A stretch of 64,000 bases of DNA, from contig CM060734.1 in NCBI GenBank assembly GCA_030704615.1, forward strand, positions 35,340,001-35,404,000, in the 5' to 3' direction. The notes under the pieces were generated by a model. The model was not told the DNA's origin, ran no database searches, and saw nothing but the letters and a program-made list of their open reading frames with translations. A program made the position numbers and the translations under genes. The stretch comes from Takakia lepidozioides (taxonomy: Eukaryota; Plantae; Bryophyta). Numbering within the stretch: the first letter of the stretch is position 1; every line of letters begins with the position of its first letter. Positions 12,301 to 24,344 of the stretch are shown here, piece after piece.

Positions 12301-13209
12301 GCAGCATGCCATCACAGGAGCAAAGGTGGGTGCTGCAGCGTGCAAGCGTGAGTGTGGTGACCCATACCTGGCTGCAAGATTGCCTACAGCAACAGCGTGC
12401 CCTCTCTGTGGCCTTTTACAGAATGCGGTACTGTGACCCTTGATTTTTCAGTTTCCAATTGAAGCTAACTAAACACTCCACTCTGTAATATCTTTGGCAT
12501 GCACAGGCTCAAAATGGCTTGAGACGAGTGCTTATGTCAAGCTACACCAAAACCTCAAATTACCACGTAATTCAACTGCAAAATGTTCAAAGAAATGTGC
12601 CTAACAGCTATTCACTCACTAAGATCTAGCAAACAGAAACTGGAAAGCGGTCAGCTGCCTACAATATAATCCCCAATACAGAGCCTACCTGGGTAGAGGG
12701 CAGTAGCCAAAAGGCGAAGTGGCTCTTACACAGGCTTTGGCCGGAGTCTTCTCTCTGCTTGTGTCAAATTTACTACAGCATGTGTTGGCCCTTTGGCATG
12801 CAGGCTGGGAAACAACTAAACTGCAGGCTGTCTGGTGGTTTGCAGGGCTGACATGTGTGTGGTAGATGCTACCCTGGATGCAAGCACTAGCTCTCTTGTG
12901 CCAGGTTGCCAACAGCCATTGAGCACTTGTACACAGGGAGGCCCAAGAGGAGAATCAGCCTCCATGTTTATGTCGAAAGAATCAGAGAGGACAGTTGAGC
13001 AACAGGAAAGCCTGGTGCTGAATCCCCGTGCAAAGCGTCATAGAGCTGTCCTGCCATCAATTGCAGAGAACCTCAAACAACAGTGCTATGCACTACCACA
13101 GGGTGACTCTCCAACAACTGGAGCTTGGCAGGACCTGTACACTAATGGAAATGTCTTGCAAGAATTTTTGCAGCTACTTTTGCCTGACACCTTACAACAA
13201 TCACTGTAA
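399..13209 (+). CDS. LIG4: DNA ligase IV (multi-exon; 5' end lies upstream of the window)
   Basis: Exons give the DNA-binding domain (QYQLKEVALALCLV; LIKQTTAQEIKWIVRIILQ; HPDA), motif I ECKFDGDRMQVHK (~3355), CVLDGELLVWD (~4755), VCYVVFDILY, EGVIVKD..SKW, WCKIKPDY, DLDLLIIGGYYGTG, PDVWI, TFRFPRVEKIRDDKDWHDC and two BRCT repeats (10106-11002, 11696-12427). Last exon ends at TAA 13209. The window opens on a GTGAGT donor. Confidence 0.93.
976..1285 (+). repeat. Copies of a dispersed short repeat with a (CATTT)n tail, likely 3' ends of a non-LTR retroelement
   Basis: Core TTTTGTCCCATAAGCTCTTTGAGCTTTCCGCGGACGTTATAAAGTACCATTTCATTTC at ~976 and ~1221, partial at ~826 and ~1137. Further copies at ~5710(-), ~8155, ~8227, ~14065(-), ~14134(-). 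Confidence 0.8.
4983..5071 (+). mobile_element. 55-bp 5'-truncated retroposon insertion (5000-5054) with a 17-bp target-site duplication
   Basis: TCTCTCCCAACTAGAAC at 4983-4999 and 5055-5071 flanks TGGGCGCGGGGTCAATGGCCACAAGGCTACGGCAAACAACGTCTTATGAGTACAA. The same core recurs at ~26242, ~36109(-) and ~42441. Confidence 0.75.
5710..5775 (-). repeat. (CATTT)n-tailed repeat copy, reverse orientation
   Basis: Reverse complement of the family core followed by (GAAAT)n on the + strand. Confidence 0.7.
5932..6311 (+). other. 7-nt micro-exon (5932-5938) followed by a U12-type GT-AG intron (5939-6311) in LIG4
   Basis: tttttgcag|GTTTGCT|GTATCCTC...TACTTAAC(6290-6297)...ggcag|AC. Splicing gives V-C-Y-V-V-F-D-I-L-Y, the ligase motif IIIa context. 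Confidence 0.85.
8091..8282 (+). repeat. Two tandem copies of the (CATTT)n-tailed repeat, the first with a longer 5' body
   Basis: TTGCTTTTGGGCTGCT...CCCATAAGCTCTTTGAGCTTTC...CATTTCATTTC. The body matches ~1170 and the reverse complement at ~14280-14300. Confidence 0.75.
8787..9143. repeat. Intronic tandem repeat, 3 x ~120 bp
   Basis: Unit AAATGTCGCAAGTTAGACATCTGC...TATTCAATCC starts at 8787, 8911 and 9028. Confidence 0.95.
9368..9741. repeat. Intronic tandem repeat, ~142-bp unit (one partial and two full copies)
   Basis: TGCAGCAAAGTAGGTCATAGCTCACGATACC starts at 9368, 9461 and 9603. Confidence 0.95.
9972..10105 (+). other. Second, more degenerate U12-like intron in LIG4
   Basis: 5'ss GTATCCAG, branch-like TTCTTGAC at 10082-10089, 3'ss TACAG 17 nt after the branch A, no polypyrimidine tract. 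Phase-1 splice gives GLVF-Y-ICNLG at the start of BRCT1. Confidence 0.6.
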
Positions 13210-14064
13210 ATCTGCATCAACCTTAGAAGGCCCATGACCCAGTCAACGTATTCTGCATACCACTCCAGCAATCGAATGGTGTTGGAAGATCAAGGGACCT
13301 TGCTCTGGCTTTGAAGGAGTACAGACAAATATTTGTGATAGGTGCTGTAGAGTACAGAAGGAAATCCGGATATAATGTAGATTCCAGTTGGTGTGTGGGG
13401 CATCCGTATTTGTGGAAGTAATAGCTGGGTAGCATCCATGAATCTTGTTCCCATTCAACTTGGATCACACTGTCTGGGAGCAATGCCTTCCTCTCTCTAA
13501 CTCACCATGCCTGGCTCACACATGGCTTTGAGGAGGTAAATTCCCAAGCAGCCATTGGTGGATTTGATTGCCTGCTGGCCCAACCTTGGTTTCACTTCTG
13601 AGCTACAGCATTATTTGCAAATCTAGTTACACTATGTTCAGCTACAATCAAGATGGATGATTGAACTACTCCCACCTGATTTCCATAGTTCAAGATTAAA
13701 GAACACACATTGTGACTGTCTTTGAAGTGGCCATCCCATCCCTGTGAGTCCTTCCACAAGCCAAAATTACTACATGGTGCAGTACTCTGGCATGGTAATA
13801 TAACCCCTTACAAATATCAACAAGGTCTCATCTAGGCTGTTCATTTGTGAAGTTGTTTGATTGGGAATGCTTCTGTAGAGACTCCGGCAAAGAATTGAAA
13901 GAATGGAGCAGTCCATTGCAGCACACTTGCCCTTGGGTAAAGTCTAAAAATACCTTAAGCTTCTTTCAAACATTGCCTTTGTAGGCAATTCATAGTTGAA
14001 GCAGCATCTTGAACTTAAAACAACCTCAAAAGGCAGCTTCGCCCAAATGCATGCTGGAACGACA

Positions 14065-14305
14065 CAATGAAATGCAATGGTACTTAATAACCTCCATGGA
14101 AAGCTGAAAGAGCTTATGGGACAAGAGAAAGAAAGGAAATGAAATGAAATGGTACTTTATAACGTCAGCGGAAAGCTCAAAGAACTTATGGGACAAAATG
14201 AAAAAAAAAAACATGAGAGAGGAAACAAAACCAGAGCCAGAAAAAAACTACCACTGCTCGAGGTATAGAGAGAGGGCCCCCACAGCAGCCCAAAAGCAAC
14301 TATTG
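14065..14305 (-). repeat. Two tandem reverse copies of the (CATTT)n-tailed repeat
   Basis: GAAATGAAATGAAATGGTACTTTATAACGTCAGCGGAAAGCTCAAAGAACTTATGGGACAAAA with a similar copy immediately upstream. Confidence 0.8.
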
Positions 14306-14965
14306 CTCAAGGGTAAGAAAGGAGTAACAACAACATCCACAGGGTCGAAGGGCTTACTGTACATATCACTGTCTCTACATGAGCAATTTGAAATAACCTC
14401 CCAGCCAAGATTTGCTCCTGGACAGATTCTCTGGTTGCACCTCCCATGGTTGCAGTTCTTTCCCCATAAATTCAATGAGCTAGTAATGCTAGGATGTAAA
14501 GCTAGGTCTATACACAAGTGCTTTGACATGATTCAGGATCAAAGATAAAAGCTTGACAAATGAATACTAAATCTTCTCCGGATCCTCTCTCACATGTTCA
14601 TGCAGTCAAAATATGTCATTGTGTAATGTTTGAGCTCCTTTCAATGTTTACTGCCTGTATAGGGTACATGGAAATATATTTACAATATCTTTTCTGCTTT
14701 CAAGCCCTGCACATCTTTCACAGTGAAGGCATGCAAAGAACACTCATACTCATGGACCTATGCAGACCCTCTCTGCTGAAGCATGTAGCTTACTAGCTAG
14801 CATAGCTTAAATGTCTTGCAAGAGGTTTCAGAAGCATCCACAGTCGACAAATTCAGCCATAAAATAAGCCTTCACTTCTTTTACCGTCAGACCGCCAGGC
14901 CAGATAAGGATGTAACCTGAGCATTGCATTGCAGACCAGCTTCATATTTTGGAGAAGCAGAGTGA

Positions 14966-16713
14966 CTAGGAGAGCGCAGCATATGCCATGGGGACCACAC
15001 CTTGCAAGGCACAATCCAGAATGGAGCCTGGATCCTGCATCCCAAAGTAGCCATTGAGAAAGTAGAGATAGTGTGAGATGCGGTTTTGCATGTTTGTGTC
15101 ATCACCATGCCCGCACTCACCATCGCCAGCTATGATGTTGATGGTCATGCCAAAGCCTGGCTTGCGCATTGCCAACGTATCATTCTTGTTTGGCACCCAC
15201 TTGCCCACCATGACATCGTGTGGAGAGGGCCTTGTCTTGGCAGGCGTCATCCAATACCAGATGGCTGCTTCAAATGCCAGTGTTGCATTACTGCTCAACA
15301 TATCTGGATAGTGGAGGGCATCAAACTTCAGCGCCACCCCTGTTGGCCCATAATTGTAGTTCCTGCACCCCATGAAAACAAAACCATTGTTCACAAACTA
15401 CTCTGAGGCTCTAGAAGACGTCTTGCTTGGGCAGTTCTCAATTCCAGGGGCTCAGGCGAGGGTGCTTACTATCTCATACTGGGTGCTGACTTTGTTGGCA
15501 TAAACAAACCACCACAATAGACATGCATGCTGCTCCAAGTTCAAGCTGTCAACACTAAGTGCATTTATGTTAGTCCACACCAGTAAATGGGCAGTGCCCC
15601 ACGGCCGTAGTAGCCCACGCCTGGAGCACATGGATACAATAGATCTGTTGCGCAATATTCCTGGTCAGGTGAAAGCTCCTGATTGTAACAAAGCCCCCAC
15701 GCATATGGTCCATCCTTTGCCGCTGCCCAGCCGCCTGTAATTGCACCCCAGATAAGTGGAAACTCATTTGCAATTACCTGAAACCATATGTATATGTGGC
15801 AGGGGGAAAAAGTACATGGAATGTACCAGTGATACTTTTCTTTCAAGATTTTAACCTCCCTTCTAAATCTGTTGCCTTCCCCTGTTGGGGTGCGGGGTCT
15901 CCACCCCTGCTCACTACTGAATTGAAGTAGCTAATTGCATAAGCGTCAATACAGGCAACAAAGGAAATAGCAACAAGGGAAATACTGGAAATTTGAGTGC
16001 TACAGCATAGACGTGCTGTGTAGTTGGTAATCTGGTTATAGCTTGATGTTTAAAGTGGCTACTAACCCACTACACTCACAACTCTCCACAGCTCAGTGGC
16101 CCTACCCTGGAGCTCAGATGAGCGTAACTTCCCTGCTTAGGATCGTCTAGTTGGCACTGCTCTTACCAGGCACATACAGGGACGAGACTGTTAACTTTCT
16201 GATGTAACGCCTTAAGGATCCATGTGGCGACATGCTGCACACAATGTTGATTCTCCCATGACTTCCGTTCAACGATCGACTTTGGTCTTCTGAACCTAGG
16301 TGATGAAGATGAGTAGTCTCGTCCCCAGAAAAACAATCCCTGGATATTAGAAGATCAAGAGACATAGGCAACCTACATGATGTTTCGTGTGCCACATGCG
16401 CGAAAAAGGCAGCCAACTCGCTCTTCTGAATGTCATCCCCACCTACGGAACCAAAACCTTTGCTTTCGAACTGCTTTGCTGCGTCAATAAAGGCTTCATA
16501 AGTCCAGAAGCTTTGGGCATGGGCCATGGGGTCGTTACGGTGGTTGAACATTCCCTCAAACATATCCACCGTAAACAGATCGCTTAGCGTCTTGTTGCAG
16601 CACAGGTCCCCCACACAGTGCGGCTGCTTCGAGCAGGTAGACACTGCTGCCGCCTGCATACCCACCAACACAGCAGCAGCCACCACCACCACCACCCCGA
16701 TCCATGCCTTCAT
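14966..16713 (-). CDS. GH19 chitinase of the chitinase-like (CTL1/CTL2) type, secreted; 3 exons (16713-16377, 15734-15581, 15362-14966)
   Basis: Signal peptide, CCNKTLSDLF, AHAQSFWTY, AHVAHETSCGW, WGLCYNQELSP, YYGRGALPIYWNYNYG, AIWYWMTP, NRISHYLYFL. Canonical GT-AG junctions keep the frame. Confidence 0.93.
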
Positions 16714-17698
16714 GGCTCAAGCAGCTCACACAGTGGGGGCCCAACCCGAATCTGGCAAGCAGCCCACCTCTTCCTCCGTTTCTTCCCCACTCTGCTTGAT
16801 CTGTCACAGCAGGTTGGCGAAAGCATGCCCTCTCTGAAGTCATCATAATAGGTGCAATCGATGGAAGTGGTCCAACCCCAGACTCTAAAAACAGAAGTAC
16901 ATATGCAAATGGGTTGAAATAGAATCTCAATGAATTGTGATGATGACAACGTGAAGGGATGCTGGCCTGGGTGACTGCCAGCTTTCCACAGCTGTCAGTG
17001 TATATTCGTCCACATAGGCAGGTAGGTCGTGGATCATGGTGGGTCCGATGTGGGAGACTCCAGGTATCTGAAGTGAGAAAGATGATTGCTTGGTGCAGGT
17101 GACCTATACTGTAGGAAAAGGGCCTGTTTGGACAATGGGCTCTGATCCCTGCAGATCATGATAGCCCTGGCTTTCCATCCCAAGTATGTACATTTGTTGT
17201 ATGTAATGAACAGACCGCAAACATGTGCCAGAGTTGAGATGGTCGGTAGCATCAGCGTGACGGATGGCCCCACAGGAGCTTTCCGGTATTACAGTTAAAG
17301 CTCCTGGCACCTGCAAGGCGACTCCCCTTGTCAGTACGCATCCTCGCAGACATCGCTTTGGGCGGTTGTTGCTCGCACCACCTTGCAAGTAGTCTTCGCT
17401 TTCCCCCTCTCTCTCTATCTCAGGGGGGCTAGCCTGATGTTCAATGACTGTGATTGATACTCTTTTTTTTTGGAAGAGATCACATAAGGATTTATCCAGA
17501 TAGTATGTTGATTATGGAGAACCGAGTGTCATTCTAGTTTTCTCAATTAGTTCTGTTGCTCTTTGAAGGGCAGGGTGGGTCTTCGTGCAAAGAAAAGTTT
17601 GAAGTTGGAGACCCTCTAAGAAGATTCCCAGTTACTCGTTGAGCATGTAGCAAAAGTCTCGACGTTGGAGAATTTTGGGCTCGTACCGGCAGGCAAAG

Positions 17699-19118
17699 AT
17701 GGACCGTATGCAGGAGCAAGTCAGAGACCGAGCGTGGAAGCATAGTAAAGAGCTTTGTGCAGCCATCTCTGATGATTGGAACCACCATTCAATTGATAGC
17801 GCCAAGAAGAGAGCTGTGGCTCAAAATGTCGACTACCCTACCTTCGCTAACCTGGTCTCTCTCTCTATTTCTCTCTCTCTACTCATACATGCTGAAATTA
17901 CATTGAAGTTGGTAGATTTGTTTCGGCACAATCCTCTCATGTGTTTATTGATGCGTACTCTAGGCAGGGTAAATCTCGTGGTGCTCTTGACTGACAACCC
18001 AAACTCTCTTGAGCTGGTGGTGTCAATCATGAACCAAGCTGGTTAGCAAGAGAAGGAACTCCTCGATAAACAGCATGGTCGAAGAGGGCCTAAAACAGCA
18101 AGCGGGGCTGGAGGTGCAGGTATTGGTGGCACACCTCAAACCCGTGGAACGCCGCAGGTCTGGAACACAGCAGCAGCAGCCGTGCAGGAGCAAGGTGCCC
18201 GCCTGGTCTTTTGGTCCATCTGGCATTGTACTTGACTTGACCTGCACAAAGAAGCTTTCCTCTGATGCTGACGACATAATACCTTCCACAACAAAGAGTA
18301 TAACAGAAGATGACAATTTGGGATCACCAGACCCAGTCTCAAAGTGCGTTCAGGCGAGAGCGAGGGTTGAGACCTCGCAATCACAAATACACACACAGCC
18401 ATCAGATGTAATTACAGCTTCGTTATGGCAAAGTGGCGCTGATTTCAGAGGCACACGAGACTCGTTTCAGAAAGAGTGGAGAAAGTTGGGTAGCGACTCT
18501 CCCAGAAGGCTTCTTTTCGTAAGTGGGATCGCACCTTGTCAGTATCCAATTATATTCAAGGTAGAGGTGCCACCTTTCTTGTTGGCAGACATTCTTGAGG
18601 TGCTCTGCACATACTTGCAGTCTACTACAAACACCTGTCTCAGTGACCAAGTTTTACAGATGAACTGTGTGACAAGTGTGGAAATTGCTGAAGACAATTG
18701 TCTGTCCCCCTCTCTCCCGCTTTCCAACCCTTCTCTATGTGCGGTTGACAAATCTGAAGCTCACTGTCCTCTTGGAGAAAGATTACAATTCAATGCCAAA
18801 TCGCCCAAATCCATAGAAGAAGGGGGTAGCCAATGTGCAAAAATCCCGGTTATGCAAGACATATCAGGGGAAAAAGGTGAACTATGGGTGATGGCGATGC
18901 TGGAGGCATTGACAAGGTGTGGGCGCTTTCCACTGGCTCTCAAGCTAATTAGCGCCAAGGTGCGGACTATGGTATCAGTCGCTCTCAATCACCTCATCCA
19001 GTCTGCATGGTTATTTCCTGTCTTACATTCTTCAGCTAGCTCCCACAACCCATCTAGACCAGAACATTGCCACTTGAACACAATCAACTACCTTAGGGCT
19101 AAGTACCTTGGAGACTGA
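17699..19118 (+). CDS. CCDC103: CCDC103/DNAAF19-like dynein attachment factor (exons 17699-17854, 18120-19118)
   Basis: The spliced N-terminus DSAKKRAVAQNVDYPTFANL|VLVAHLKPV matches the Dynein_attach_N pattern. The C-terminus is RPAP3_C-like: FQKEWRK..IFKVEVPPFLLADIL..LEALTRCGRFPLALKL..LRAKY. Confidence 0.85.
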
Positions 19119-19834
19119 CAACATTATACTCACATAGGCCAAGATAATATAACTTTGTCTGTTAACTATTCAGTGTGGTGCTAGGAGAAGATAAGAGAGA
19201 AGCACATGGAAGCACATGGCAGTCCGGAGAGGAGATTGGCAGTAAAACATTGAGGGAGCTGAGATCATCTACCAAATTATGGAATGGCATATGGGGTTTT
19301 TGGAGTTGAAAGGGGACAGTTCTAGCTAAAGTGGGAAGCTTAGTTGTCTCCACGTAATGGAATCAACGTACTGAGTATCCTCTATATCTGCTGGTCATTT
19401 GTTTTTCCTGTCCTTTCCTGAAAGTTCTCCTGGCCTCATAATGAGCAGAGGGAGAGGGATTACTGTACAGGCTACATAAGACACTAAGCTTACAAGTTAT
19501 CCCTAGTAGAGTGATGCAAGACAAGCCTTTAGCCATTTATTCCAAATGTCATAACTCCAGTCCATTCCAAATCATTGGTACAATTTCCATTGGACACAAA
19601 AAACAGTGCCCAAAATATATTTTGTGCAATGAGCTGAACATGAAGCTCATGCCTGCACCTTCGAAGGTAGGGGAGCCCTGGGGTTGTTGCATAAAACAAG
19701 AGAGTAGGACTGAAGAAAATGATGAATGCATCAGATGAAATTTTCAGAATGATGACCTAAACATTTGTCGTCAGATCAACAATGGTATAACCTCCTAGTT
19801 AGAAGGTCACTGAATGTCTGTATGCTACACTGTT

Positions 19835-22800
19835 TCATGACAACTTCACTGACACCTCCTTGCGATCTGCTCCATATGCCTGCATGTCAAGCACAGCCAC
19901 CAGCAGTTATTATGGCCCTCATCACACCTCCCCTAGCCTGATTTGGACATGAAAAACACATTTTGGCAATGCCTGGGTTACTAATGTCCAACACAGTCCA
20001 CAATGGACCTATATCACCTTCAGTATTGGTTACAACAGACAATTAGTAGTGACCTTAACACCGGCTGGCAATGCCAACATCCTTATAACTAGTGGCCAAA
20101 ACACACCTCAGAACTGACGCCTTCAACAAAAATATGGCTGAAGAGCTCTGATGGATCAGGTTGTTGGCTCTCCTGCACAATCCCACATAGACAAAACTTC
20201 AGACTCCTTGCACAAACATATGCACAGGTATGTTAGGACCCACCTGTATTTCACCTAGGACAGATACACCCAATTGATCATAATTTGTGAATTGCACTAC
20301 GTCTTATTAAGGTGGGAGGGCGTATACAGTCCAGAGCCAGGGCTTTGCTCAAAGGGTTCACTGCTTGCTTGAATCCAATTCATGAGCAACCGACAAAACC
20401 CAACAATACCATAACACCACACTGGGGCACGACCCTGACTTGAGTGCTGCAAAAGAAGCTTTTACACTAGTATCCCTCCTCACAAAACTACAATCCCTCC
20501 TCACTTGCATGACACTAATAACAACAGTTCATGACAATACATGCACTGGATCAGTACTAGAATAAACATAAGACGGGGCACAACCTTGGCTTTGGCCAAC
20601 GCATCGTCCACTTCCTTCTTGGATTCCTTCTCGATATTCTGCCATCCAAAAGCGAACCCCTGGTTAACAAAGGCACATGTACCTCTGTTCCTCTCTCCAT
20701 CCAAGTCAAACCCGAATTACCACCTTGGCACCCATATTAGTGCCACCACTGAGCCCAAATTTGATTATCTAGTGAGAAGTTGGCTTGACATGGCCTCATC
20801 TTGCAGCCCAACAGAACATGCAGAACTGATAAGATAGCCTATTCAGGTAGCGCCTGGAGAACACTACATGAAAAAACAATTTTAGGATGACAAGGAGGAT
20901 GTTCAGTCACCTTGATGTCAGCAGCAGAGGCAATCTTCTGGTCCAGAAGCAGTTTCCTTATCCTCTCAATTGGATCACGCTCCTGCTCAATAGAAACACA
21001 GAGTCCTTAGGAGATGATGCGTTTTGGTACAAGGGACAGAGATAAAGAAGGGAGGACAATTAAGCACCAACAGTCACAAGTCATAACAAGATTGCGGCAA
21101 TTTTGAATTTTGGGGAATGCCCATACAGGAGCTGTATTAGGATACATCTCGATAACCATGGCAGCAACCATGTCACGGCCTGACCAGAACAGATGGCATT
21201 TTGGACGTAGGTAGTGAGCGTGTCCGTTGACAAAACTGACTTGAAATGACAATGAAACCCAGAGATTATGAAATGGAAGAAACCAAAAGACAAACCTGCC
21301 GAATGCCAGAAATCTCGTCACGGGTGCGATAGGTGCTGCCTGGATCAGACATGGAATGGCCATGGTATCGATAGGTGTCCATCTCGAGCACCTAAGAGTA
21401 CCCCACATGAGATCATATAAGTAGAAGCATGAATCATAGCTGTCTAGAAGTATCACACTAGACCAAGTGATAATAAGAATGACAACACAAACACTCCAAA
21501 TGCAGGGTTGCTTCCCATGAAGCGAAATCTGTTGATCACTCAAGTTCAGACTGAATGCTGACTCAGGTTGAAGCTGGTAATTAAGCTGTAGTCAGAGGCC
21601 GCCTTCCACATTGGAAGCGAAAGAGCAAAAGGAGAGAAAGAGGAGGCTCACAAAAGGACCATTTTTAAGGGCATACTCCTTAGCGTATTTCACAGCTTGC
21701 TTCACTGCAAGGCAATCCATGCCATCCACCTGCCCATCCAGCCATGCACCCAGGAAGACAACACAATAAATGCCAACAGCACTTGCCCGAAAACAGAAAA
21801 TAATACACATCATAGACTTATGCTTATACCCACATTCAATTTCCCAGCCAGTGGCGTCGCAATCCACACTAAGAAAGACATCAAATCATCAGATTGATAT
21901 ATGTACAATGTCCTTCAAACTTACATGGGATGTCCATACACTCCATACCTTGCTCAGAGAAGAATATCCACAAAGGACAGAAGGATAGAAGTCTGGGTCA
22001 CGAGTGAAAAATGGTGGCATTTTTGAGACTCACAATCTTGATTAACGAGGTTAATTCTAACTCTGGATGTAGCTTCATTTCCAAAAATCTGTACTAAGAC
22101 AGGGCTTACCTCCAGAATATTGCACAGAACCTAATGAACTAAAGAAAGTAACTTTATAACATCCACAGGAAGCCCAAATAGATTCTGGAACAAAAACAAA
22201 GAACAATTCAGAAACAGTGCACACAGCTCTAATCCTGTCAGTTACCAAAGGACTCACCTTAAGTCCAGGCACATAGTCACCACGTTTGAAATACTCAGGG
22301 CTCTTTGCCGACCGCCACTCAGCTGTCCCCATTCCATCTGCGTCACACCCAGACTCAGTGAGGAGGGGAAGGCACCGCAGTAGCAGATTGAAAGGACACC
22401 TTGGGCAAAAAGTACACACATCTCCCCACAGATTCTGCTCAAAGTAAATTGAAAACGACATTAAAATCTGTGTAATAGTTGAGACCCAACTGGACGCACT
22501 GAACTCATTTGGATCCAGACCCATTTATGATAGTCAAGCCCAACAATGGACTGCTAGCTATATAAAATCACAATCAGAAAAGCAAACTATCAAACCATAA
22601 GGCTGTAGCACCTCCCACCAACCTAGAATTGACTGGCAAATAGCTGACGAAACATTGGTGAGTCAAACAAAAAAGACAAAATCGAGAAAGGGGCGCTTAT
22701 ACTCCACATGAGAGCCCATTTCACCCTCAAAACTTTCATATCCAAATTCCACAAGTGCCATGGCAAGCAAAGTATACCCTACATATGCTGTCAGTGACTA

Positions 22801-23632
22801 TTTACATATAGAAGGGGATAAAATCTGATAAATGTGATTAGAGGTTGTAGTGTAATCTCTTGCCAAATCTTGAGATGAGTGGAACAGAAGAAAGTGAAAT
22901 AAGATGGATTGCAAGATACTGACAGTGGTTATTCTCACAGACATAGATCACCGGCAAATTCCAAAGAGCCGCGATATTCATAGCCTCAAAAAGCTGACCC
23001 TGATTGGCAGCACCATCTCCATACAAAGTCAGCGTCACACCTTCGACCTTCAAGTGCTTCTGAGCGAATGCTAGACCTGTACCCAACGGTGTCTGAGCAC
23101 CTACTATGCCATTGCCCCCATAAAACCCATTTTTCTTATTGTACATGTGCATGGACCCTCCCTTTCCCAGCGAGCAGCCATCCTTCCGGCCCATAAGCTC
23201 TGCGAAGACCTCAAATACTGTTCCCCCTCTGCCAATGTGCGTGCAGTGGTCCCTGTAAGCTGTAATGATGCAGTCCTTTTTGGTCAAAGCTGCCTCCATC
23301 CCCACACACACCGCTTCCTGCCCGTCATATAGATGGCAGAAACCCCTAATAAACTTGGTCTTGTAGAGGGAATCCGCCGCGATCTCTAGGCGACGCATGG
23401 TGAACATGCTCCGGAAAAAATCCACCAGCTCTTGCGGCGAGGTCTCCACAGACATGGAAGGGACCTCACACTTGTGGGCCTTGAATGGCACCGCAAGATC
23501 AATCATGAGAGACTCCGAGCTGAAAGTCCTCTGCACAACGTTCGAAACGGGGGCCAAGGCAGCCGTCGAAATGCCTGTAGACGTCGGAGACCGAAGAAAC
23601 CCAGATGTTCGACGCCATAGCTGTTGTGCCAT
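19835..23632 (-). CDS. PDHA1: Mitochondrial pyruvate dehydrogenase E1 alpha subunit, 8 exons
   Basis: Transit peptide, [56 protein letters not shown]. Exons 23632-22924, 22337-22258, 21729-21652, 21391-21296, 20982-20911, 20638-20585, 20172-20107, 19879-19835 (TGA). Confidence 0.97.
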
Positions 23633-24344
23633 GTACCTCCACAGTGAGAAATTGACAAATCCAACACGCAGATCCGAGCAATTCCTGCACTCAGCACAGC
23701 AAGATCGAGCGAGCGAGGACCAGCGGCATCAAGCCTAGTTATCACAGTCCGCCTGACCGACGATACCAATGACTAACTGGTTATAGCCGGTTATCATAGG
23801 TCCATGACCGGCACACAGGTAGGGGAAAGAAGTAGGGGGGTAGTTGAAGTACCGCTGACCGCGACACACGAACGAAAAATTCTACGTCCCCTCGTTCGCC
23901 GTGGTTTGACGAACGACGACGTTTCATCGTCCATGTCTTGACGAATAAGACGAACGTTTTGCGTCTATACACGGTGAGGTTTCTAGGGTCTAGGGGTTGG
24001 ACTCTTCTTTCGTCTTCGTTTGCTCTCTCTGGCTGTGAAGATCTCATAGTGATCTGTTTTTCTTGTAGCGCATCTCATGCCTGCAATGTTTTAAGCAGTC
24101 TTTTCATGTGTTTCATTTTGGAGAGTTTCTATGTTCCTTTCTAGCTGTTGGAGTAACTGGATTTGGACTGATCTCTATATTTCTCTCTCTCCACCTCGAA
24201 AGTGCTATTATTTGCTTCTCCATTCCATTTACCTTCGAGTCTTCTATGTCAAAAACTCTGTGATTAGGTATGGTTTTTTTCTTATGCTTTGATTGGTGTG
24301 TGTACAGTGATGAGTAGTTGTCGTTGCTAGCAAAGCAGCGTAGA
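23633..24344. promoter_or_regulatory. CpG-rich bidirectional promoter region between PDH E1-alpha and TTI1
   Basis: Divergent start codons 712 bp apart, with dense CG dinucleotides compared with the flanking gene bodies. Confidence 0.6.
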
